Below are positions 35,091 through 51,492 of a stretch of 64,000 nt of DNA, in pieces. The DNA comes from Adineta vaga (lineage: Eukaryota > Animalia > Rotifera): positions 1,426,001 through 1,490,000 of the forward strand of contig CP075495.1 in assembly GCA_021613535.1 (NCBI GenBank). The letters run 5' to 3'. Position 1 is the stretch's first letter. The number at the start of each line of letters is the position of its first letter. The translations under genes and the position numbers were made by a program. The notes under the pieces were generated by a model, which made no database searches, was not told the origin of the DNA, and saw only the letters and a program-made list of their open reading frames with translations.

Positions 35091-35922
35091 ATGCATCATA
35101 ACAGTAGTTTGATGTTGGCCTTTGTTCTTAGCATTATATTAGTGTCTAGAGCACATTCTCGACAACAAGAACGAGGCTTGTAAGTTGATTATAAAATTGT
35201 CAATATAATTCGACTTAATATATTATTAGTATACCTCCAGATCTCTTACCTGATACTAGTCTTTATCATATAGTACCTCAAGGAGTGATTCTTCTTTGGT
35301 AAGTGCGTGTTTTTGATAGACTTTTTAATTCGATATATGTCTAGGAGTGGTCCTGTACATCTTGTACCAAATGGATGGGCCGTATGTGATGGAACACAAG
35401 GTACACCTGATTTACGTGATCGATTTGTTATTGGTACAGGTTCGTATAATTCTTGTATGTGAATTTCTAGATTTCGTTTTGTATTTTTCTCAAAGGTTCA
35501 AACGCACAATATTCTGTGGGTCAACGAGGTGGAGCATCAACTGCAGCACCTATTATTACTGTCCATCCAACTCGTTTAACAATCGCTCAAATGCCCGAAC
35601 ACTCTCACGGTGGTGTAACATATTGGGAAGAAGTAGATACAATTTGTTCCAAAGACGAAATAACAGCAAATCAAAGTAAACAATCTATTCTTTCAAATTA
35701 ACGATATATATATATATATATAATGACTGGTATGTTTTAGAAAACGTTACCCAACGTACTATTCAATCTGACAAATCGACAATGATTGATACTACTCGTT
35801 ATCATCATCGTCATACAATTGAACAGCAAGGTAATGGTGAAGCACATATACATGAAGCAACATCGAATTCTATCCATACTATACCACCATTTCATGCATT
35901 GATCTATATAATGAAAACTTAA
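35091..35922 (+). CDS. Secreted phage tail-collar/short-tail-fibre-like protein (204 aa, 5 exons)
   Basis: Exons 35091-35179, 35230-35298, 35345-35439, 35496-35675 and 35741-35922 splice in frame (615 nt): signal peptide + VPQGVILLWSG...PNGWAVCDGTQGTPDLRDRFVIGTG...GQRGG...LTIAQMPEHSH...HRH...HIH...IPPFHALIYIMKT*. Confidence 0.88.
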
Positions 35923-36346
35923 TTTTAAGGAAAATAATAAATATATATCCTTACATCTATCTGCAAATCTACAAATGATTACATGATAAAGAATTAAAAT
36001 TACTTAAAAACTTATTGTTCGTCTTTTCTAGTCTGCGAACATTTCGATACATCATATTATTTGTTTTATTATGGTATTGTAAAATATGACTGTTTGATGT
36101 TATCGGAAGGAAAAATATTAGTTATGTTTTTTTTATTATTACGTGTATTAAAGTAGTATCAAGGTTTTGAGTAATATAAAAGAATCAGACACAAATCATG
36201 AGTAGATGCATGTGCACAACGAGAGGAAAGGCAAAGGAGAAAGTACAAGTTTAAAAGCAAGAAAGAGAAAAAAATATTGCCTCCTTCGCTATCGAACTGA
36301 CAAAAACAAATCAACGATTTGTACTCTTCCAAATATTTTATTGCAG

Positions 36347-37657
36347 ATGTCGACCGCAGTTTGTACTCGACTCAATGAAGTTCATATTGGATCTATATTA
36401 AATGATCATGATACATTTCTATTCGATTGCGATGGAGTTCTTTGGTGTTCACCTGTTATTCTTCCAGGTGCTATTGAATTACTCAATTATTTAACACAGC
36501 TAGTATATAAAATAGAATGGGTTTTTTTTTCTTTGCCAAAATATTATTGAATGATATATTTTATAGGGTAAACGCGTACTTTTCGTAACGAATAATTCGC
36601 TGAAAACTCAACGAGGATTCTCACAATGGCTCAATGAAATTGGTTATCCAGCAAAACCTGTATAATAGTTTAGTTTAGGAAATATAATTGAATATGTATA
36701 ATTTTATTAAGGAACAAGTCATTTGTACTGCATGGATTACAGCTAAATATTTGAAATCAATTAATTACAAAGGTCATTGTTATTGTATTGGAATGCAGTC
36801 AATGGTAGAAGAATTAGCACGTGAAGGTTTTCATATTTCTGATGGTATTGGTGTAAGTTGAATTGATTCGTATTTATATTCTATTATTATTTTAAATCTA
36901 TTTTATAAGTCTGATCCTGTTTCACCTGAAATAGATTGGATTGAAACTAGTACAATTCCATTTGATGATCAAGTAAGAAAGTGTATCTTCTTCTTTATTG
37001 AAAAAAGAAAAGAAGTCTGAAAAACTTTTATTTTAATAATTCTAGATCAATTGTGTTATATCAGCATTTGATATACATGTGAATTATTTGAAAATTATTA
37101 AAGCTGCCACTTATCTCAGTCGACCTAATGTTCTATTCTTAGCAACTAATGATGATGTAACAACTCCACAAAATGATGTAGCTATCTTACCAGGTATAGA
37201 GTAAATAGTTTCAGATGAAAACAAATGGGAAATTATGTGATATGTTGATTATAGGTGAAGGAACAATTTTAGCTTCAATTGTAGCAGCATCTGGTCGTTC
37301 ACCAACAATTCTTGGTAAACCACGTACACCTATGTTTGATTCAATTCGTTTAGCTTTTCCCGATGTTAAACCCAATCGAACGATTATGATCGGTGATCGG
37401 TAAGTACAATACTATTGAAACTATATGATTTTTCTTTTATGTTATATAGATTAGAAACAGATATATTATTTGGTAATCGTCAAGGTTTAACAACATTACT
37501 TGTTTTCAGTGGTGCAACAAGTGAGAAAAAACTAGATACAGTCAAACAATCAGCTGAAAAAAATCCAAATGATAAAGAATTTTTACCAAAATATTGTATT
37601 AAAGATGTTCAACATTTATTAGAACTTTTAATTTTACAAGAAAATACTTCAACATAG
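36347..37657 (+). CDS. HAD-IIA phosphatase (phosphoglycolate/pyridoxal-phosphate phosphatase-like)
   Basis: [38 protein letters not shown]. Multi-exon. Confidence 0.92.
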
Positions 37658-38035
37658 ATTTATTTTCTTATTCTTAGTCAATTTTTCTTTTTATCTGATA
37701 TTTCCATGAAAAACAAGAAAATATCCTTGAATATAACCTCACGTAAAATATTGTCCTGAAGGGAACAATTATTGTACAGATATGACGAATAATTCAGTCA
37801 ATGTGACAAAATTTGATCATAAGAAATCTACTTGATTGAAATGTATTCATTCTTTCTGTTTTTAAAAAACAAAATTTCATAGGTATAAGAAACTTCGATC
37901 TTCTCATATTTAATCAAAGTAAAATAAACATCTGAAAAAATGAAAAAAAGAAACACACATAAAAATCAAAATGCATATGATCAATTTGATCAAATTATCT
38001 TATTAAACAACAAATAAAGGTATTCTATACAATAT

Positions 38036-41000
38036 TCATGCAAACCACATCGTATTTTCAATGATTGAATTAAAATCAATTTTTATCGTTTGAATATCAT
38101 CTAATGTAACTAAAATATTTTCATCAACAATTCCTTCTTCAACATCGGAACTAAAATTTCAATTGTAAAGAATGAAAATTGTTTGTTTTTTTCTTCTCTT
38201 CAATTTTTAACTTACGCAGTAATACTTCGTTGATCACCAGACATTTGTCCTTCATAATCAAGATTAAGACCACGGGCTACACACAATGACGCATAATGAA
38301 CAGGTGCAGGAATAGAAACAGATTTTGTACATCGAACATCAGTATGACAAAGATAATATCTATAAAAAAACAAAAACTAACATTGACGAATATTACAAAT
38401 CAACTTGTTTATCTTACGTTAATTGTTGAATTTCATCGGATGTAAAACCAATATCATCATAGAGAACATGATAAAGTGAAGGTCTTGATGTTCCTTGAAT
38501 TGCTGCATGAGAATTAAGATAAAAATCAAATCCATTTGGTGATACAATATCTGTATCAATTACTGTACCTAAATGAATGATTAAAATATAGAAATATAAG
38601 ATTAAACATATTCTTACCAGGTTGAACATTATTCGTTTGATTTGATTGTTTATCATAAACAAAAAAACGTGTATTATGACGTTTTTTAACGATAGTAAAA
38701 CAAATTTTCGGCAATGGATTATGTCCGTATAATTCTATTTTTAATCGAAGAATTAATATGTTTGTTAATTGAAATATATTCACAAATACCTTTACATGCT
38801 TGTTGAATGGCTCGTACTTCATTATCTAATACTTTTTGAAATGCACCATCATCAACTCCAGCTCGATAAAAGACGAGTTTATTTGGTAAACGTGAATTAT
38901 ATTCAGAAAATTGTCGTATTAATTCTCCGACATAGATATGAAGATCTTTGATTATTTCGACTGCTATTTTTCCTTTCGGAGAATATTGTTGAATAACACG
39001 ACCACTATATTGTGTACCTAAAAGAAAAAGATGAATTTCTAACAAGAAATAGTTTCATATGATCATCAACTTGTTGAATCTTTTGATCCAATAATAGCAG
39101 CAATGGATGGTCGTTCACGTGAACATGTTACATGTGTACAATCAATACCAAAAAACATGAAAACATCTGAACGAATCGATGAAGAAGTTAAAGCACGCAT
39201 TAATGAAACAAGTTGATTCATTCCACCTAATTTTGCATTAAATTTCTGAGCTAAATTCTTTGAAAAGCAAGTATTACATAGTTTTTTAAGAAAAACCAAA
39301 ACTAGAAACAATTTACTTGAATATACATATCCATTTTTCGTGTTTCACTATTTGCTAAGAGTTTATCAAAACGTGTACATTGTGTAACCATACCTAAATA
39401 AAATTATTACACTGAAATATTTCTCATTCGAATTCTTTTTTCTCATTACCAAGTTTAATATTTCCAAAATATTTAATAACATGATAAATATCATCACCAA
39501 CTTGATTAAGAATATAAATAATAACTTCACATCCTAATACTTTCAAATGATTCATTCGAGATAGAATTGTATCTGGTATTGCTGGATCGGAATTTTCAAT
39601 TGCTGGTGAACTAAATCGTATTCCATACTTTGACATTGCCTAAGAAAAAAAAACGGCAAACAATTCATAGAAAGAAAATTTCTTCGTAAGAAAACAAATT
39701 TCATTTCTAACCTGTGGAATTTTACTTGCAAATTCTCTTGCCACATTAACTTGTCTTGCATCTGGTTCTTTCTGACTGACAAGTATAAGTGCCCATGAAC
39801 GTATTTCACGTGTTTTATTGAAATGATTATTTAAATACCATTTACCAATATTAACTCTTTCAATTATATCACGATCATTACCTTCAGTTGATTTATATTT
39901 GATTTCCGGTGGTGTTAGTATTCTTGCATGAATCATTAACATATCATTTGAATGAATTTTTAAACCAAATTTTTGTAAATATACATCTTGATCAAATTGA
40001 CGTTCATCAACAATACGTCGAATCATTCCATAACGTTCGCCTGGTTTAACAACTGTTTTCTTCGTTACTTTTGTGCGTTGTTCAACTGTTAAAGGTTTTA
40101 AACTTCGTTGCCATTCATCAACAGTAACTAATTCCATTGGTAAATAATGTGATTTATTCTTATCAGCTGGATTGAAAAGTTCAACGACAGGTAAATGTGG
40201 ATGCCGTAAACGAATTCGCCATTTTTCATGAAAATAATCAACAATATTGATTTGTTTACCTTGATTAGGACCTTGATCTTGTACAAATGTATATTGATTT
40301 GCTGATGTTCCAAATGATTTTAAACGATATTTACGAATTTGATTTGTATGAGTTGTCGCAAACCATAGAGATTTAAGAATCTTACGAACTAATAATGGTT
40401 GATCTTTTGAAGATATACCTTTTTAAAAAGAAGAAACTATAATGAACAAGACTTTCACGATCAGGATTTATCTAGAGATACAAATATCTGTCTAATTCAA
40501 CTTCGAATATAACTAACAATTCTAGTCATTATTTTTCATAGATAAAGATTTAGAATGTGTGACTCATAAATAGAATTTGTAATTAGAGTCATATATGTGA
40601 AGAATTTGGAATTATAATCAATGGTAAACAAAGCAAAACTATTCTATGTGAAGTATAATTGCATATACAGCTCATGAGAGATACTATTTTACAGATATTG
40701 TTAAAAGTTCAATCAAATGAATTATTCTCAACTCACCAGATCTTCGAATATCTTGACCAAGATAACATGAAATAAATTCAACTAAATTATAATTTTGATA
40801 AAAACAACAGAATGTATTGTTAATATTCAATGTTGGACCACGTTCACCTAATACAACTGCTTGATAAAATCCCGATGCTAATCCACGTCCATCTCCTAGA
40901 TTTATATGAAAAAAAAAAACAAAAATTGAATATCGAAAATCCAAAAAAAGACATTACCGAGATCATCTAATTTCTGATGTTTTGGATAGGATTGATTTTT

Positions 41001-41937
41001 AATACAAATCATCTCCGTTCGTTGTGTTTGTTTCAATAATGTTTCTAAAATTCGTACTGGATCATGTGGTTTTAATGGAATTTTTCGTTGAATAAAATCG
41101 AAAATAAATTTTAAATCATAAGTTTTAACTAAATTTATTAATAAAAATCGAAAACGATTTATTCGATCTGTTTTCTTATGTTTTATTTCACATTCATATT
41201 CTTTCTTGTATTTTAAAGTTAAATTTTCTTTTGCATATAAATTCTTTCCTTGATCATACCATACTAATGGAAAATTTTCACGTTCAATAATTGTTTTTAT
41301 AACTTGAAAACGTTCATCTTTTTTACTTGTACGCCATGAACCATCACGCATTAGAATTTCAACATCAACATCGAATTGATAAAGTTGTAATGAATCAGAA
41401 TTTTTCTCAAATTCAATTTTAAAATGATTTGTAAATATATCAATTCGTTGACCAACTGAAATAGATGTGAAAAAAAAAACATGTGACAAGATTAAAATTG
41501 ATTTACCTCGTCCAGATTGAACAGGTCGTCGTGCAAAGGAAATTAATTGAGAGTCGGGTACGACAGAACGAAGTACTGGTCGATTGAATGATTGAGAACG
41601 TTTTTTTGTATCACTTTCTACTTTAATTGTAGATGTCGAAGTAGATTCAATAGATCGACTAGTCGATGGTTTTTCTTCTACACTAGTTGACGAATAGGAT
41701 CGACGTTGAGAATGAGATGATGAACTCTCATGAGTATGACTGGGTCGATCTAAAATATCCATGACAGTTCGAAAAAACTTTTTAATCAAAAGAAAAATGA
41801 CATACGCCGTTTCGATGATCGACGATCGTCATCTATTCAAAATTGAAAAAAAAAACAAGAGATTATTTCAAGAAAAAAAACCATTCGAAATGTTTCATCA
41901 TACCATCTGGGTAATCACGACCACGTTGTGACGACAT
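38036..41937 (-). CDS. Argonaute-family protein with degenerate catalytic tetrad
   Basis: TNHF, PAZ-like [62 protein letters not shown]-terminal TMWFA*. Confidence 0.93.
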
Positions 41938-43554
41938 TATTATGAACTAAACCAAATGCATAAGAATAAATACACGATTATATCTTTCTTTCCTTCCTTC
42001 CTCAAGCTTGCCTGTGCATTTTAGGAGGATAACCTCATCACGTTATTCTTTCTCTCATTATATCCATTACGAGAAAAATAACCGATAGACAAAATCTGTA
42101 TTACGTTGATCTACGATACAATGTATACGCTCGCGTTCATTCTTATCTATTCTCTCATCAATATACACAGAGAGAAAAAAGAGGGTGATGTTTTAACTTA
42201 CTTATAGATTCACATACTGTACTTCGAAAAAACGAGACAGAGGGAGGAGGAGGAGGAAAACATTTGTATTAATAACGGTTAATCGGCGCTTGTTTACAGT
42301 ACGATATAACGTGGAAATATTTTTTTTTAAATATAAACGATAGGTCGTTATTTGTGGTTTGTCAAGGTTACAGTAAATGACTGAATGAAATAATACTTTT
42401 GTCAATAGAAAAAAAAAACAAAGAACATATCGTCGTTACTCATGTGAAACAAAGATGCATATAATATGGAGTTTATTTACGTCTGTTGCTTTTTTTTATT
42501 CAATATTTTTTGAAGTGAATTAAATCTTTGACTTCCTCTTGTCGAATTAGAATACATTCGTCACAGTTCTACAATTTCATTCTCATCAAACGACTTGTTT
42601 TCATGTTGTGCTTTTTGTTCGTCTTCATACGAGTCAATAGAATAACAAGATTAACTGTACGAACGATTATTACTTTCTTATTCAACTATCCATTCTACTT
42701 AAAAATATGACACTCAATCAAAAAATCTTACTACTAGATATAACTTATTCTATGATTAATAATCTATTCTAAAGTGAAAACACAACGCATTCAACCTCAA
42801 TAATTGATTACGTGATACAACCTCGAAATCTTAATTGCTATAATATCGAAATTTCTATTTGTATTAACTAGATCTGAATAAAAAAACAACTTGCAAGAAT
42901 CAAGGTTATTGAATCTCAACATCTCTTGTTGACTATTTACTCATCTTTCTTTTTCGTTCTCAATTCACCTTGAGAAATACAGTTTTCAAGGACTTAGTGA
43001 GATCCACCATCATCTTCTTTCATTACTTAGATGACTGAAATAAAACGCAAAAACATTCACCTAGATGTGATTTGTAGATACATTGAAATTAGATGAACAT
43101 AATTAAATCGTAGCGCTTTTGAAATCAACTGTTGTAGAATATTACACATATGTAAGAAACTAATTCATCAAAGAAAAGAAGAAACAACATACATTTGTTT
43201 CTCACAAATCTTCCAGTTAAAAGCAGAAGAGAACGCAAAGAAAAAAAAAGGATTTTTCTTTCTTTCTTTTTATATCTAAAGTATCTGACAAGATACTTCT
43301 GAAATCTATTGACATAAATCGTGTATAAATGATAGTATTTAACGATTATTGGCATAGATATTTGTAGCACAGTACTCTACTATGTTGATAGTTCTATGAA
43401 AATGCTTTGCTTAACACATTGTCTATATAATTCATTCAGAAAATACTTTTCAAATAAATTGTTTTGTTTTAATCAGTATCAATAAATGAAAGACTCTTAA
43501 AATCTATCTTACACTTTCTTTTTAAAAAAGATCAACAAGAGAGAGAAAAAAAAA

Positions 43555-44800
43555 CTAGATAGCACTTTTGATTTAAATTCGCCAATTGATATCATTAGAT
43601 TGATGAGGTTCTTGTACGTTTCGATTTCTTGAAAATAAATTTTGTTCATGTTGAAATGACGGATGTTGTGTCAATTGTTCAGGATTAGCATGAGTCATTT
43701 GTTGATATGTATAAGGATCAATTTTAACAATCGGTAAACGAATTAATTCGACTTCAATTAAAGCACGTGGTTTAGCATATGATACGACGATATTATGTGG
43801 AGCTGGAGGTGTCTGACGAGCTTCAGGTGGTAATGAATGTTTAATAATACGTTTTGGAGCTGGTTTATATGGTAACCATTGTTCGACAACAATTGGACCT
43901 TAACAAAAAAACATGATTTATTTTCATAAAAAAAAAGCAAAGATGACTTACGTGGTTTTGGTGGTAGATCTGGATGACGATGAATAATAATCTAAAGAAT
44001 CGTATGATAAGTTTGTATTTATTTATTAAAGAATAATACTTGTTGTGGAGGTTGTTTTGGAGGAGGAACATATTTATTATACACAATCGGTTGATCAGAT
44101 TCATTTGGTGGAAGTGGTGGTGGTGCACTTTTAATAACGATTGGTGATGGAGTTCTTGGTTCACGTTTACCAACTCGAACATGTATAGGTGGTTTAGGTG
44201 TTTGTCCTTGAAGTAAAACTTCTTGAACTTGAATTTCAATTGGTTGAGGAGTTGGTGGTTGTAATTGACGTAAATAAACTTTCTGTTTGTATCTTTGTTC
44301 AGTACTTTCACGTTCTTCAATAATTGGATCTGGATCTAAATTCAATTCTGTACCGGTTTCATCAGACTAAATATTTAAAAACAAAACAAAAAAGTTCGAG
44401 TGTTTTTTCTTTAAAAAAAAGAACAAACTTGTTCTGTTGTTGTTCGATCTCGAAATTCTTGATCATCATCACTTGTTAAATCTGATCGTCGTTGAGCTTC
44501 TGTTCTAACAGTACCTTCCGCATTTGATTGATATTGACGAAAAGCTGAAATATTCTGATAATTACGGTAAGGAATACCGTGCGTATCAATTTTGATTTCT
44601 GCTTCAGTTAAATCAGACTGTTCATCATCACGTAGACTACCATGTCGAGTTAATAAATTAGTAACATAATTTTTAATTGAATCTTTTGTCTCTCCAGCTG
44701 CTGTTGTTGTTGTTGGTCGTTTTCTAATATTTTCAGAAAATGACGATGGTCCATCTTCATAATCTGATGATGAGGATAATGGTTCACTTCGATCAGCCAT
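43555..44800 (-). CDS. Pro/Ile/Val-rich repeat protein, function unknown (4 exons)
   Basis: YLRQLQPPTP, PRTPSPIVIKSAPP, PPKQPPQQ, PPKPRPIVVEQWLPY. GT-AG junctions. Confidence 0.75.
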
Positions 44801-45510
44801 TATTTGCACAAATATAATATTATATTAATGAGACGATAGGTTGCCGTTCAATACAATTTATATATGTGAATAAGAAGCCTTGTCATATATCCAAGGAGAC
44901 CATCAAAGCTATATGAACGCATCTTTTCTTCTTATCTTCATAATATCTATCTTGTTCATGGTAATGGTTCTTTTCGAGGTAGTCAAGCTTGATTGATGAG
45001 GGACAAAGAATATCCTATCAATAATCAATATCATTCGTTATTGTAGAAATTAACGAGTATAAATAAATTCCTATCACAAGTTCTTCATTTCCTATTTAAC
45101 CAAATATATATATATTGTAGAAATGTTTGAAAAGAATCATTTCCTGAAAGTTTATATTATTTCTCGATGAAAAACCAAACGAGAATAACATTTATAATTG
45201 ATTCTAAATCATCATCAAGCAATAAATTAGTTCTTTTAAAAATCGATAAAGATATGTAAATTTTGATTCTTTAATCGTTGCGAGCGCCATCATAGTTGGT
45301 TCTGTTTTATTTTATTCTCAAACAAGGAGGTTGAGTGTATTCAAAATGATGGCGTTCTTTTTCATCAGGTAAATAGATTCCATGTTGCCTATATACATTC
45401 ATGAGAAAAAGAAGAAAAAAAACTCCATTATTCTATTCATTTCTTCTTTTTTGAATAAATAAGAACCCAATAAAAACGTTCGATGAAAGAGAACATTTGT
45501 AGTGAACAAC

Positions 45511-46915
45511 ATGGAAGACATTTCGAATTCCAATTCAATTTTTCGATATAATGACGAGTTTTTACGATGGTTTCAATCACGATTTTTACATAAGAAATTC
45601 TATTTAATTATCATGTCATTTATTGGATTTATTATTTTATATATCATTTTATTTTCTTCAAATCAATCGATACTTTCGAATACATTGGATACGAAACTTT
45701 TTTTTGCACCACCACAACGATCAGTAATACTCAATAATGATCCGAGTAAAATCATGCGAAATAAAGCTCAAGGACCACCTACATGTTTAATCATCATACG
45801 TTCAGCTGATGGTGCTCTTGGTAATCGAATGTTTCTCTTTGCAAGTGCATATGGTGTCGCTCGTCTTCATCAATGTCAATTATATGTTGCACCATGGATT
45901 TTAATTGATCTTCGATCGGTCTTTCGAATAAATATTGAAGATACACAAGTACAATTAACAAAAGATGATTCACTGGTAATTAATCGAACTGATTATTATA
46001 GTCGATATAGTGCTTGTACATTATACGATGATTTATTTCATATTCCATTTAATAAAACATTTCAACGATATGAAATGAATGGATTTTATCAAGCCTATGG
46101 ATATTTTGAAAAATATCGAGAAGAAATTAATTTTCTATTTCAATTTAATCAAGGAGCAATTAAACGAAATATTGAACTAGTCGAACAATTACTTAAAGGT
46201 TTGTTTGAATTCTCATTTAGTATAGTTGACATTATAGATAATTACTTTTTTTCTTTCCGCAACCAGGACCATATAGACTATTGAAATTCTTTATTCATTT
46301 ATTCTCTTGTAGAATTTTTTGACCAATCATTTTTCTCCATTGAATCTTCATAGATATATTTGTTATGTTATTCTAGTTGTTTGGAATATTTCATTGAATT
46401 TGGGTAATTATACTAAAGAAAATGTTACACATGAATATTTAAAATCAAAATTAATTAATCCACCATCATCATTAGAACCTATGACTTGGGTTGGTATTCA
46501 TATTCGTCGTGGTGATTTCTTAACATTTTTTAAAATTGATACAAGTGTAGAATATCTTTCTTGGTCTATGAATTATTATCGAAGAAAATATGTTAATACT
46601 CGATTTCTAATTGCAAGTGATGATAAAAAATATGTGCAAACACATTTTGGAAATTTTTCCGATGTTTTCGTTACACCATCCGGCTTTTTCTCAGGTGAAG
46701 ATATGGCTGCATTAGCTCTATGTGAACATACAATTGTTACAGCAGGAACTTATGGATGGTGGGCAGCATGGTTAGCTGGTGGTGATGTTGTTCATGATCT
46801 TAATTATCCAGTACCATTTCAAAACTGTGTTAAAGAACATTATTTTCCTCCGTGGTTTCTCTTTCCTCATAATAGTTCAAGCTTGAAATGGCAACCTGCC
46901 GTTCCAAAACGATGA
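45511..46915 (+). CDS. GT11 alpha-1,2-fucosyltransferase-like type II membrane protein
   Basis: N-terminal TM; GALGNRMF, GFYQ...YF, GIHIRRGDF, CEHTIVTAGTYGWWAAWL. One intron. Confidence 0.9.
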
Positions 46916-47313
46916 TTAATTTTGAGAATGTCTGTTTTTTGTCAATTTCATGTTTCATCATGTTAATTTATCAGTACGAATATACAGTAGGAAAAACAAG
47001 ATTCGATTCTTCTGACAATTTAACCAATAAGATCATTCAATACCTACATTTTAAATATTTATTTAGAAAAAAAGACAGTTTAAACTCGCAACTCAACTAA
47101 TTGTATAATCCAAATAATACATTCTCTTGAAATCACAAATTTCTTTTTTTCGTTTTCAAGAAATAATGATATTGGTTAATCAATTTCGAACACAAATATG
47201 AGTAAAATACGAAGAACAAAAAAAAATATAGATTAATTAAAAGATCGACAGACATAGGTTAACTATAAAGAAGAGAGTATATACACACAAATATGGATAG
47301 GATGGTTAAGTAT

Positions 47314-50473
<3,160 letters not shown>

Positions 50474-51492
50474 GATTCAATAAAAGTAGCAATATGAAAT
50501 CGAAAAAAAAACAAGTACAATATATAAACAAGAGAATCACGAGATAGAATATAAAGAACAATGGTATTCCAGTGACCCCAACTAAATACGCAATTTTACT
50601 TCTCTTACAGAAATATGTTATGTTATGTGATAGTGTAAGAAAAATTTGTCTTATACGGAGAATGATTCAGCAATATAACTTCATGCAAAAGAAAAATCTC
50701 CTTTGCCAATGATCATTTACCTCAAAATTATAGAATTCGTTAACTAGCGACATCTACGACTTGCTTATGTTTTGATATTATATGAGGAAAAAATCTTTCT
50801 TATCCTATGTTTTGATGACTATAGTTATTTATATATTTTTACGGAAGGAAACTTGTCAATAATGTCTACTAAATTATATATGAGTTTAATTCAATTATTA
50901 TAAATATATACTTTCATCCAGGGTTAGAATCAATTATCTTCTATTATAATACTTATGTTATGATTAAATCTTACGACAAAGACTGAAAAAATGAACTGTC
51001 ACACTCTTACAAAGCTTTTATCATCAAAATATTAGCGACTGTTCACTTGTCTATGCAGAATGATGAGCATTTTATTGTATATGTTTAATCTTTGGCCGGG
51101 CATACATGAAAAAACCGAATTACAAAATTTTGACCTGAAATGTCGCCCATGAATAGGTTTTTCTATCAGAGATTTTACTCACGTTCGAAAAATATAAATA
51201 TTATTTGATATTCTATTTGAAAAAAAATTTCATCAATTTCATAATATTCTAGTGATTTAAAGTAATTTCAGTCTTTTACAATCAGAAAAAGTCTGAAAGT
51301 CACTCACCGGAAAACATCTATATATAAAATTATTATAAACTCCTGACATCTACTGAATTCAACAGTATAGATTTGTATTTAATTAAGAAAGAGAATCATC
51401 TAAATAATAGTAATATGTAATTTTTTAAATATTTCTCGATAATCAAACAATAAACAGTTGAGAAGGTATTCACCATAGATGAGACAGATTTA

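Noticed and set aside
35347-35679. 110-aa ORF in the track
   Set aside because: Wrong frame; the real product is the spliced collar protein.
45282-45357. Imperfect 12-bp inverted repeat (GAGCGCCATCAT / ATGATGGCGTTC)
   Set aside because: Short, no TSD; cannot be distinguished from chance or a promoter motif.
45511-46915. GT11 fucosyltransferase as an HGT candidate
   Set aside because: GT11 occurs natively in animals and this copy has Golgi type II topology; origin cannot be judged without a phylogeny.
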